Shown here: piece by piece, positions 50,180 to 58,147 of the stretch
Position numbering within the stretch: position 1 is the first letter of the stretch
Layout: each line of letters begins with the position of its first letter
From: a virus
IMG/VR virus record: IMGVR_UViG_3300023212_000537
Coordinates: 1 to 64,000 of that record
Length of the DNA stretch: 64,000 nucleotides
Direction: 5' to 3' (one strand)
Notes under the pieces: generated by a model
What the model was told of the DNA's origin: nothing
The model's database searches: none
What the model saw: only the letters and a program-made list of their open reading frames with translations
Translations under genes and position numbers: made by a program

Positions 50180-52131
50180 TGCTTTCAGCTCTCAAGGAGC
50201 CACCCTTTAAGGTTCCAAAACAAAATACCATTAGCTGGAATACATGGAGAAAGGGATTAAATACACTTTTCCGCGAAACAGAAATTGATGCCGCAGAAGT
50301 TGTGCAAGCTACTAATTTACTTCTTGTTGGCTCTGGCGTACCGACAAAAAGATGGGGATCCCAAAATGCGTTTCTTGCTGGGGCTACAGGTTATGGAAGA
50401 TTTGTTTTCTTCGCAAAAGATGCCAATGAGAATATTCAGATTCTTGCAATGACTGATTGGGGATTTCTTGTTAAGCAGACAAATGCTTCCTACACCATGT
50501 TAACGGGAGTGTCATGGGCATCAGGATATAACTTAGAAGGTGCACAATTAGGAGGAAATGTTTATCTGGCCAATCAAAATCGGAGTTGGGTTCGTTATGA
50601 TTTTACTTCGCTTATTAATTTTCCAACACTTGCTATTCCAACAAGCCTTTCTGCAACAATGCTATCTCTTGCATCGGGTCCACTTACTGTTTCATGGCGA
50701 GTTACGGCTGTTTCAAAATCAGGAGGAGAAACAATTGGATCAAGCGTTATTCTCGCATCTATTATGCCGCAAGATCAAACAGCAACGCGAATGCGGTTGA
50801 ATTGGATAGCGACAAGTGCTGCTTCTGGTGATTTAGTCGGATACAATGTTTATCGGGGACCACAGGGAAGTGAAACATGGATTGGAGGCGTTGCAGGAAC
50901 AACGACAACATTTGATGACTTAGGAACATTAAGTACGCAGCCGTTTCGTACTGTTCCGCTTTCTGATACTACAGGAGGTCCTGTTGCAAAATATATTATT
51001 CGCTTTCAGGATCGATTAATTATGGCAGGTATTCCAGGTGCTCCGACAAAAGTGCTTATTTCAGGCCGTTTTCCTCAACAGGAACGCTTTGATTGGTTTG
51101 CAGGCGGAGGATTTATTCTTATTGAGCCTGATAGCGGTGAGTCGATTACAGGCATTGCTGTTTACTATAGATCGCAAACATCAACGCAAACTATTGTGGT
51201 ATTTAAAGAACGATCAGTATGGGAATTATCACTTGATAGTATTCAATTCGGTAGTTATTTAATTCTTAACCCAACATATAGATTGTTAACGCTTTCACAG
51301 GGATGTACTTCGCATCGTTCTATTCAACCTGTAGAAAATGATTTAATGTTTGTTAATAGACGAGGCATATATATCTTGCGGTATGAACCGCAATTGTTAA
51401 ATGTTATTAACGCAAATGAAATTTCAGCAAAAATACGGCCTTTTTTTGAAGGATTATCTAATGCCGATTTGACAACAGCCTGCGCAATCTATGCGGATAA
51501 AAAATATGTTCTCGCATTTCCTTCAAGTCTGCAAGCAATTATGTATGATCGGGAACGGTTATGTTTCTTAGGGCCATGGATAACACCCTTTGGTATTAAT
51601 CAATGGGCGCAATATGTAGATTCGGGAGGAGTAATGCGTTGGCTTGCTTCTGATTCAAATGATCAACAAGTAACAGAATTTCGAAAAACACTTCCTGATG
51701 ATAAAGGTACAGCAATGCGCACTGTTTTTAGAAGCCGTAAAGAAGATTTTGGTAACTGGAATATTTTTAAAACTATTAATACATTGTTTCTTCTGTTTAG
51801 AAATGTGCAAGGATCGGTGAATGTCAATATTTATCTGGAACAACGAAGCGGAGCAGTATTATTGACAAAAGCATTTACTATTACCTCAGCGCAGGGAGCA
51901 AGCGGATTTGGAACAAATGAATTTGGATTAACAGAATTTGGGTTATCAAGTACAAATCCCGCTGTTTCTTCAACGGAATTACCAAAAAAATCATTTTTAT
52001 ATAAAACGGCGCGGACAATTCAAATTGAAATTATTACAACAGGTAATACCGATTTATATGAACTATTGGGAGTGCGCAGTTACGCAATCCTTCAACCACA
52101 AGAGAATTCGCCAAGTGCATGGATAGCGTAA
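50179..52131 (+). CDS. large tail structural protein (650 aa)
   Basis: ORF track; the SD GGAGG lies inside the HNH 3' end; size and position suggest a tail tube/nozzle-type protein. Confidence 0.5.
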   Translation: MLSALKEPPFKVPKQNTISWNTWRKGLNTLFRETEIDAAEVVQATNLLLVGSGVPTKRWGSQNAFLAGATGYGRFVFFAKDANENIQILAMTDWGFLVKQTNASYTMLTGVSWASGYNLEGAQLGGNVYLANQNRSWVRYDFTSLINFPTLAIPTSLSATMLSLASGPLTVSWRVTAVSKSGGETIGSSVILASIMPQDQTATRMRLNWIATSAASGDLVGYNVYRGPQGSETWIGGVAGTTTTFDDLGTLSTQPFRTVPLSDTTGGPVAKYIIRFQDRLIMAGIPGAPTKVLISGRFPQQERFDWFAGGGFILIEPDSGESITGIAVYYRSQTSTQTIVVFKERSVWELSLDSIQFGSYLILNPTYRLLTLSQGCTSHRSIQPVENDLMFVNRRGIYILRYEPQLLNVINANEISAKIRPFFEGLSNADLTTACAIYADKKYVLAFPSSLQAIMYDRERLCFLGPWITPFGINQWAQYVDSGGVMRWLASDSNDQQVTEFRKTLPDDKGTAMRTVFRSRKEDFGNWNIFKTINTLFLLFRNVQGSVNVNIYLEQRSGAVLLTKAFTITSAQGASGFGTNEFGLTEFGLSSTNPAVSSTELPKKSFLYKTARTIQIEIITTGNTDLYELLGVRSYAILQPQENSPSAWIA

Positions 52132-52242
52132 TTGACAACTTCTTTTGTTTGTGTTTTAATCAAGAAAATTCTTAAAGAAAAGCGAAATACGCTTTATGAG
52201 AAGACCAATTTGTAAAACGTAAAACAAGTTGGTCTTTTTTTT
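52132..52242 (+). promoter_or_regulatory. promoter -> leader -> hairpin+U8 cassette preceding an HNH gene
   Basis: TTGACA (52132-37), 17 nt, TTTAAT (52155-60); small hairpin GCGaaataCGC; GACCAA../..TTGGTC (52203-34), T8, ATG at 52243. Confidence 0.6.
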
Positions 52243-53130
52243 ATGAAAAAGAATTGTCGGATTTGCAATAAAGAAATCATAAAAGTTTCTAAAATTAGTA
52301 AAAAACAGTGGAATTCCAAAAAATATTATTCATGGAGTTGCCGTGCAAAAGGAGTTGGTTTAGATCAAACAGGTAAAAATAATCCCCATTATGATAAGCA
52401 TAATAGTTCTTGGAATAAAGGGAAAAGTTGGTCTAATGAATCAAGAAAAAAAATGAGTATAGCGCATATCGGAATGATTTCACCACTTAGGGGACGAAAA
52501 AAGAAAAATACAGTATGGAATAAAAATAAAATTGAATGGAAGAAATGTATGGAATGTGGAGAATTAACTAGAAAATGGAAAAAATATTGTTCTTTGGATT
52601 GTGCTAAAAAAAGAGAACCATGGAATAAACAAAAATCAATTGATAAAAATTGTATTATTTGTCAAAAATTATTTCAAACCACAGGAAAAAATAAAAATAA
52701 GATATGTTGTTCGGATACTTGTTCAAAAATTCAATCAGGAAAAACAAAAAGTGGAAAAAACCATCCAATGTTTGGAAAAACTCATACAAAAGAAGCTCGA
52801 GAAAAGATAAGCCAAGCACATAAAGGAAAACGTGGTTGGAATTATAAAGGAATAACGCCGATTAATAAACTAGAACGGAGAAAATTTAGAACAGAAATGC
52901 AACATCTTGTTTTTGAAAGAGATAACTATACTTGCCAGCTTTGTGGAACAACACAAGATTTGCAAGTAGATCACATTCAACCGTGGGCAGAATACGTAGA
53001 ACTCCGATTTAAAATGGAAAACTGTAGAACAGTTTGTGCAAAATGCCATTATTTTATAACTTTTGGTAAACCAATGCCTAAGGAAGTAAAAGGATGGGGA
53101 CATAATTTATTAAAGAAAGGAGGAAATTAA
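52243..53130 (+). CDS. HNH homing endonuclease with NUMOD3-like repeats
   Basis: GKNNPHY, GKNHPMFGKTHTKEAREKISQAHKG; ERDNYTCQLCG..LQVDHIQP..NCRTVCAKCH. Confidence 0.85.
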   Translation: MKKNCRICNKEIIKVSKISKKQWNSKKYYSWSCRAKGVGLDQTGKNNPHYDKHNSSWNKGKSWSNESRKKMSIAHIGMISPLRGRKKKNTVWNKNKIEWKKCMECGELTRKWKKYCSLDCAKKREPWNKQKSIDKNCIICQKLFQTTGKNKNKICCSDTCSKIQSGKTKSGKNHPMFGKTHTKEAREKISQAHKGKRGWNYKGITPINKLERRKFRTEMQHLVFERDNYTCQLCGTTQDLQVDHIQPWAEYVELRFKMENCRTVCAKCHYFITFGKPMPKEVKGWGHNLLKKGGN

Positions 53131-53182
53131 TATTTCTCAAAAACTTTGGAGCGCGGCCCTAGCAAACGCAATAAATACAACT

Positions 53183-53953
53183 TTGAATGGTAGCATCGGT
53201 TCAGCAGATGCAACAGTCACGCTTAATTCTGTTGCAAATCTGCAATCTCCTGGTGTTGGCGTTATCGATAGAACTGATGGTGCGGGAAATGCGACTCCTT
53301 CACTTCGGGAATATATTACCTATACGGGTATATCTGGCAATCAATTAACAGGAGTGACAAGAGGTGTTGCGTCATCAACAGCACAAGCGCATAATTCAGG
53401 CGCGCAATTTGAAGAAGTCATGTCTATTACTCATTGGAATGATATGGTTTCTTTCATGCAAAATGAACATGATGCAACAGGAAAACATGTTATTGCCACA
53501 GCAACAATTAATTACACAGAGACAAAACAATTAGTTGCTACTTCTCTTGCATCTCTTGTTGTTATGCATACATCAACATGGTTTGATGTATCAGGCGCAT
53601 CAGTAAATGGATTATTTCCTCTCCATCCGACATTTGTTGTCACAGGACCTTTATCGCTTGCGACAACTGGCGTTGGTCCTGCTCTTCCTATGCCTCAGCC
53701 TGCAATGTTTAAATTTTTATCAGCATCGCTTAATATTCCTCCGTCAACTTCCTCTTTAGTATTAAACTGGAAGAAAAACGGTACCTCTATTATCGCTTCT
53801 AGTAATGTCCTGGCAATTTTAGCAGGAGGTACTTATGTCTCTACCTCTTCAATCGCAACGCCATTTTTTGTAGCGGGCGATATTATGACGCTTGACATTT
53901 CAAACGGAGGTGGGGGAAGTTTAGGGTTAAGTGTTCTGGGTCGTGCTCAATAG
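53183..53953 (+). CDS. tail fiber-like protein; true start probably upstream
   Basis: the tracked start is a TTG with no SD. The frame is open from 53114 (..ISQKLWSAALANAINTTL..). AGGAGG (53118-23) is followed 8 nt later by an in-frame ATT at 53132. Confidence 0.55.
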   Translation: MNGSIGSADATVTLNSVANLQSPGVGVIDRTDGAGNATPSLREYITYTGISGNQLTGVTRGVASSTAQAHNSGAQFEEVMSITHWNDMVSFMQNEHDATGKHVIATATINYTETKQLVATSLASLVVMHTSTWFDVSGASVNGLFPLHPTFVVTGPLSLATTGVGPALPMPQPAMFKFLSASLNIPPSTSSLVLNWKKNGTSIIASSNVLAILAGGTYVSTSSIATPFFVAGDIMTLDISNGGGGSLGLSVLGRAQ

Positions 53954-53962
53954 TATAAAAAT

Positions 53963-54829
53963 ATGGCATTAAGTTTACAACAACTGGTTATTGCAGGTGG
54001 CGGTGGAGGCGGAGCAGATGCTTTTGGTGCTGGTGGTCGTTCCGCAGGCGGAGGAGGAGCAGGAGGATTTCAATATAACGCGGCTGCTACAATAAATCCA
54101 GGTACATATACAGTTACTGTTGGTGGAGGTGGAGCAGGAGGAGTAAATGCTCAAGGCTCAGGTACAAAAGGAACGCAAGGCAGCAATTCTTCTTTTAATA
54201 GCGTTACTTCAACTGGTGGCGGTGGAGGCGGAGGCTCTGATAGCAGTGCTGTTTATGCTCCTACTACTGGCGGATCAGGAGGAGGAGCAGATCATGCAGA
54301 TACAGGTGCTGCTGGAACAGGCGGACAAGGAAATGCAGGAGGAAACGGATTTGGTTCTAGTCCCTTTAATGGTGGTGGTGGAGGAGGATCAAGTGCAGTA
54401 GGAGCAAATGCAAGTAGTGGTGTAAATGGAGCAGGCGGAGCAGGTACATCTAATTCAATTACTGGCTCTGCCACTACTTATGCAGGCGGTGGTGGCGCAA
54501 CAGGATCAAATGGCGCAGGTGGAGCAGGCGGATCAGGCGGTGGAGGAGGGGGAGCAGCAGGCGGAGGTGGCGGAGCAGGTACAGGCGGAACTGCAAATCT
54601 TGGTGGAGGAGGCGGAGGAGGCTCCGCAGGAAATGGTGGAGCAGGAGGAGCAGGAGTTGTAATTATTTCTTATGTTACTGCTGATTGGTCTGCTTATACA
54701 ATTACCAACGCAGGTGGATCAGTAAGCATATCGGGAGCAAATACAATTATAACATGGAATAGTAGCGGGTCGCTTACTATAGCAACACCAGGAGTTACAT
54801 TCAGTCAATCATATTCTTTTCTTATGTAA
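53963..54829 (+). CDS. glycine-rich tail fiber-like protein
   Basis: long GGxGG/GGAGG tracts ending ..GGAGGAGVVIISY, as in glycine-rich phage minor tail proteins. Confidence 0.6.
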   Translation: MALSLQQLVIAGGGGGGADAFGAGGRSAGGGGAGGFQYNAAATINPGTYTVTVGGGGAGGVNAQGSGTKGTQGSNSSFNSVTSTGGGGGGGSDSSAVYAPTTGGSGGGADHADTGAAGTGGQGNAGGNGFGSSPFNGGGGGGSSAVGANASSGVNGAGGAGTSNSITGSATTYAGGGGATGSNGAGGAGGSGGGGGGAAGGGGGAGTGGTANLGGGGGGGSAGNGGAGGAGVVIISYVTADWSAYTITNAGGSVSISGANTIITWNSSGSLTIATPGVTFSQSYSFLM

Positions 54830-54841
54830 AAGAAAAAACTA

Positions 54842-54941
54842 TTGACAAGATACATTGATTATGTTTTAATCAAAAAAGAAACTTACCAAGAGGCGAAAAC
54901 GCTTTGGCAAGACCAATTTTTCATAATTGGTCTTTTTTTTT
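54842..54941 (+). promoter_or_regulatory. promoter -> leader -> hairpin+U9 cassette (homologous to 52132-52242)
   Basis: TTGACA (54842-47), 17 nt, TTTAAT (54865-70); GGCGaaaaCGCT; GACCAATT/AATTGGTC, T9; ATG at 54951. Confidence 0.6.
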
Positions 54942-54950
54942 GGAAAAAAT

Positions 54951-55388
54951 ATGAATCCGAATAATCCATATCTACAAGTACTTTCACAAATGCAGCAAGG
55001 ACAATCAGCGAATGTCGGCGGACCAACTGGTCCTGCGACACTTGGCCGAATGGCACCTCAAGGAGCACCTGCAATGCAAGGAGGAATGCCAGGCGGAGCA
55101 GCACTTGGGGGCACTCCTGCTGTTCCTGGTAGAGGACAAACTGCCCCAACTAAATTTCTTCTTTCCGCGCTGCAAGCACTTCATTTATTTTCTCAGCAAG
55201 TTACTGATCCGCAGGAGGCACAAATTATTAGAAGTATTATTGTTTTATTATCTGGTCTTATTCAAAGAGATCAACAAAGACAACAGCAAACAGGCGGTGC
55301 TGGGATGGGAGGTTTCCCGCGAGGAGGACTTGCAGGAGGCAATCCAGGAATGACTCCTCAAGGAACAGCAGCTCCAATGATGCGATAA
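54951..55388 (+). CDS. G/P/Q-rich virion protein (145 aa)
   Basis: start moved to the ATG at 54951, downstream of the U-tract. Confidence 0.5.
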   Translation: MNPNNPYLQVLSQMQQGQSANVGGPTGPATLGRMAPQGAPAMQGGMPGGAALGGTPAVPGRGQTAPTKFLLSALQALHLFSQQVTDPQEAQIIRSIIVLLSGLIQRDQQRQQQTGGAGMGGFPRGGLAGGNPGMTPQGTAAPMMR

Positions 55389-55396
55389 AGGAACAT

Positions 55397-55573
55397 ATGG
55401 CTAAAAAGTGGATTCAAGCGGCGACGGCAAAGATGGCAGCAAAAGGAACACTTGGCAGTTTTGGGAAAGCGACAACAAGTAAAATTGCTGCTGCTAAAAA
55501 AAGAGGCGGTCTTGCAAAAAAGAAAGCTATATTCGCAGAAAATATGCGCAAAATATCAAGAAGAAGAAAATAA
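55397..55573 (+). CDS. small basic protein (58 aa)
   Basis: below the ORF-track cutoff; MAKKWIQAATAKMAAKGTLGSFGKATTSKIAAAKKRGGLAKKKAIFAENMRKISRRRK; AAGGAA SD. Confidence 0.5.
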   Translation: MAKKWIQAATAKMAAKGTLGSFGKATTSKIAAAKKRGGLAKKKAIFAENMRKISRRRK

Positions 55574-55586
55574 ATGAAACGAGAAT

Positions 55587-56039
55587 ATGGGAGATTATAT
55601 ACAAGGCTTAAGCCAAACAGCAAGAGATTCATTGGAAGATGTTCTTTTAAAAATTAGAGATGGGTTGCAACCAACAACTTCTACAACATCGGGAACATTA
55701 GTTGGTACAGGAGCACTTACTTTAACGGGTAATTATACAGGGACAGGAATTCTTGGAGCTAGCCTAGCAAGTATTGCAGGAGCGCAAGTATATTCAACGG
55801 CATCCCTACAAAATGCGTTAGTTTTAACAAATAATGTGCTTTCCAGCCCGACAGTTGCGCCCTTACAAATGATTGCATCAAGTGCATCGCAAGCCTTTTT
55901 TGATTTTCAGGGAGCAGTAATTTCAACAGCATCCTTGAATTTATCAGCAGGACAACTTGCAGGAATGGTTCAGGTGCGTTTTATTGGAACAGGTGGACAA
56001 GGACAAGGCTACATTCCGATTTTTAAGGGAATAGTATGA
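55587..56039 (+). CDS. virion protein (150 aa), paralog of 48313..48627
   Basis: ORF track; shared C-terminal 60 residues. Confidence 0.55.
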   Translation: MGDYIQGLSQTARDSLEDVLLKIRDGLQPTTSTTSGTLVGTGALTLTGNYTGTGILGASLASIAGAQVYSTASLQNALVLTNNVLSSPTVAPLQMIASSASQAFFDFQGAVISTASLNLSAGQLAGMVQVRFIGTGGQGQGYIPIFKGIV

Positions 56040-56043
56040 CTAT

Positions 56044-56160
56044 ATGCCAACAATAAAAACAAAATCAGGAGTAAAACATTTTCCCTATACGCCTAAAGGG
56101 AAAAAGGCAGCAAAAGCCTTTGCTAAAAAAACTGGAAACAAGATAGTTTATGGAAAATGA
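56044..56160 (+). CDS. tiny basic protein (38 aa)
   Basis: MPTIKTKSGVKHFPYTPKGKKAAKAFAKKTGNKIVYGK; ATGA overlap with the next ORF. Confidence 0.4.
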   Translation: MPTIKTKSGVKHFPYTPKGKKAAKAFAKKTGNKIVYGK

Positions 56161-56291
56161 AAATATTTAGAAAAAATGTAAAACAGAGAACAGGTCGTGT
56201 ACGCGGACAAAAAAACCCTTACCATAAGCGTCCGCATAAAACGCCGTATGGAGCAAAAGCGCAATCTATTACATCGGGAACAGCATATTAG
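56157..56291 (+). CDS. tiny basic protein (44 aa)
   Basis: MKIFRKNVKQRTGRVRGQKNPYHKRPHKTPYGAKAQSITSGTAY. Confidence 0.35.
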   Translation: MKIFRKNVKQRTGRVRGQKNPYHKRPHKTPYGAKAQSITSGTAY

Positions 56292-56307
56292 AAAAAGAGG
56301 TAAAAAT

Positions 56308-56496
56308 ATGGCAGGAGTTGTACCAGCAACAAAAAGAGGAAAAGCAATGGTTGCAAAATTAGGAAGAACAAAAAAAACTGGGGGATTTGCCAGAATTGCA
56401 GCGAAAGCAGGAAAGCGGTATGGATCAGCGGCAGCAGGAAAAAGAGTCGCAGGGAAAATTTTTCAAGCTATGGTAAGAGCAAGAGGAGGAGGTTGA
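56308..56496 (+). CDS. small basic protein (62 aa)
   Basis: start moved to MAGVVPATKRGK after an AGAGG SD. Confidence 0.45.
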   Translation: MAGVVPATKRGKAMVAKLGRTKKTGGFARIAAKAGKRYGSAAAGKRVAGKIFQAMVRARGGG

Positions 56497-56502
56497 TTCT
56501 TT

Positions 56503-56634
56503 ATCCCTTTTCGTAGTAGAGCACAAGCAAAATGGATGTTTTCAAATAAACCTGCTATGGCAAAAGAATGGGCAAGTAAAACAGGGAATATAAAACAATT
56601 ACCAAATAGAGCAAAAAAGAAAAGGAGAAAATAG
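56503..56634 (+). CDS. small basic protein with FRSRAQAKWMF motif; start codon unresolved
   Basis: the frame is open from 56497, directly after an in-frame TGA. There is no ATG/GTG/TTG before the conserved-looking FRSRAQAKW. GGAGGAGG SD sits 10 nt before the ATC at 56503. The first ATG is at 56536. Confidence 0.35.
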   Translation: MPFRSRAQAKWMFSNKPAMAKEWASKTGNIKQLPNRAKKKRRK

Positions 56635-56650
56635 AGAAAGGAGGAAATAT

Positions 56651-56791
56651 ATGAAATCTATGAAATCATATAAAGATACAGATATGGATGCAGATGATAT
56701 GGGTATGAAAAAAGCAATTAAAGGAAAAGTAAAAATGACAAAGAAAACAGTAAAGGGTATGGTGAAGATGAAAAAGAAAGGAAGAAGATAA
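56651..56791 (+). CDS. tiny Lys-rich protein (46 aa)
   Basis: AAAGGAGGAAA SD; MKSMKSYKDTDMDADDMGMKKAIKGKVKMTKKTVKGMVKMKKKGRR. Confidence 0.45.
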   Translation: MKSMKSYKDTDMDADDMGMKKAIKGKVKMTKKTVKGMVKMKKKGRR

Positions 56792-56792
56792 T

Positions 56793-57314
56793 ATGAATCC
56801 ATCTGCTCCCGTCAATCCTCAAGGAGGATTGGGACAATTAGTACAACAGATAAATCCTTTAAATAATCCAGCGCAAAATTCTGCATTCTTACGAGCGGGT
56901 ATAGCAGGACCAATGGGAGAATTTATCGGAGGAGGACCAGGCCCAGAGATAGTAAAAGGCGCACCAGATCCAAATGTATTCAATTATAATACTGTTCCTT
57001 ATGAGAGACCAAGTCCAGATGTATTAGGAATACCAACGCTTCCTTATACGCAAGCCTTTAGTACTATTGGTAATTTCCTAAGTCAAATCGGGCATCCATT
57101 AGCTGGTTTTTTTACTCCTTATGGGCATCAAATGCTTATGAATTCCATAAATCAGGGACAAAACAGATCAACGCTTGCCCCAGTAAATTCGGTAAGTCCA
57201 GAACAATTAATGAGGCTTGGATTACCACCCACTAAATTTCCGCCTGGATATCCTTCTCCTAATCCTTATGGAAATTCACAAGCAGGACAACAACAGAAAG
57301 GAGGAAGAAAATAA
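56793..57314 (+). CDS. P/G-rich virion protein (173 aa)
   Basis: ORF track. Confidence 0.5.
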   Translation: MNPSAPVNPQGGLGQLVQQINPLNNPAQNSAFLRAGIAGPMGEFIGGGPGPEIVKGAPDPNVFNYNTVPYERPSPDVLGIPTLPYTQAFSTIGNFLSQIGHPLAGFFTPYGHQMLMNSINQGQNRSTLAPVNSVSPEQLMRLGLPPTKFPPGYPSPNPYGNSQAGQQQKGGRK

Positions 57315-57589
57315 TGGCAAGAGCATCTTTAGGAAATGCAAGCGATAAAGTTATTAAAAGAAGAACAACAATGCGAGGTGCAGTACCTGGATTCAGAAAA
57401 CAAGTGGCAAGACGACCGATTCGTCAAAAAGCTGGATTTGCAGGGAAATTAATCAATTCAGCAAATCCGAAAATGAAAAAACAATTACCTGTGGGACGCG
57501 ATACCTATCAATATAGAGGGACTCTAGTGAATACTGCAAAACCAACACGCCCAAGAAAAGAGAAAATTGGGGCAAAAGCAGTATTGTAA
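57314..57589 (+). CDS. basic protein (91 aa)
   Basis: ORF track; TAATG overlap. Confidence 0.5.
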   Translation: MARASLGNASDKVIKRRTTMRGAVPGFRKQVARRPIRQKAGFAGKLINSANPKMKKQLPVGRDTYQYRGTLVNTAKPTRPRKEKIGAKAVL

Positions 57590-57656
57590 GTAAGGGGTAA
57601 TTGCGTGCCAACCTGTCTGTTTATTGGGAGGCAGGCAGGATGGCTGTTTAAAATAT

Positions 57657-57770
57657 ATGGCAAAACAAGGAAAAGGAAAGAAAAAAATAAAAAGATTGAC
57701 ACCAAAATCGCCATTGTATCTGGGAAAGAAAAGAGATTTAAAAATGTCTTATCCAAATCAAACATTTTAA
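57657..57770 (+). CDS. tiny Lys-rich protein (37 aa)
   Basis: MAKQGKGKKKIKRLTPKSPLYLGKKRDLKMSYPNQTF. Confidence 0.3.
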   Translation: MAKQGKGKKKIKRLTPKSPLYLGKKRDLKMSYPNQTF

Positions 57771-57771
57771 T

Positions 57772-57900
57772 ATGGGAAAAAATAAATTTGCAAAGAAAGC
57801 AAATAAGTTACAGTTAAAAGCGAAAAAATTGAAAATGAAAAGAAGATCTTTCCATAATGATGAGATGGGAACATTAAAAGGAAGAAATCCAAATTATTAA
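57772..57900 (+). CDS. tiny Lys-rich protein (42 aa)
   Basis: MGKNKFAKKANKLQLKAKKLKMKRRSFHNDEMGTLKGRNPNY; starts 1 nt after the previous stop. Confidence 0.3.
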   Translation: MGKNKFAKKANKLQLKAKKLKMKRRSFHNDEMGTLKGRNPNY

Positions 57901-57901
57901 T

Positions 57902-58027
57902 ATGGCACGGCGTGATTATCAAAAAAAAGAAAAAAAGAAAAAATCCCAAGTAAAACAGGCAAAAGAATTTGTAAAACAAAGAAAAGGCAGTATTCTTCTG
58001 CAACCAGGAGCTGGGTTTGGAGGATAA
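57902..58027 (+). CDS. tiny Lys-rich protein (41 aa)
   Basis: MARRDYQKKEKKKKSQVKQAKEFVKQRKGSILLQPGAGFGG; starts 1 nt after the previous stop. Confidence 0.3.
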   Translation: MARRDYQKKEKKKKSQVKQAKEFVKQRKGSILLQPGAGFGG

Positions 58028-58147
58028 ATGAAAGTAAAAAGTAAAATAAAAAATAGACGATTGAGAGATAAAAGAAAAAGACAAAAATTTCCTGTTCCAA
58101 TGCATTTGCAAACATGGACTGCTGAAGGAGGAATTAATAAACCATGA
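58028..58147 (+). CDS. tiny Lys/Arg-rich protein (39 aa)
   Basis: MKVKSKIKNRRLRDKRKRQKFPVPMHLQTWTAEGGINKP; abuts the previous stop, with an ATGA overlap into the next gene. Confidence 0.3.
   Translation: MKVKSKIKNRRLRDKRKRQKFPVPMHLQTWTAEGGINKP

Noticed and set aside
52129-53135. The HNH cassette 52132-53130 as a second group I intron joining 50179..52131 to the fiber-like gene
   Set aside because: No combination of a U-ending 5' exon and G-ending intron near 53110-53135 gives an in-frame junction. The HNH ORF runs to the very end, leaving no 3' intron core. The cassette has its own promoter and terminator, so it is best read as free-standing.
54147-54662. Alternative-frame ORFs within the glycine-rich fiber gene (54147..54401, 54292..54474, 54426..54662)
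   Set aside because: GGN-repeat DNA is open in several frames. Only 53963..54829 has an SD, a sensible N-terminus and a sensible C-terminus.
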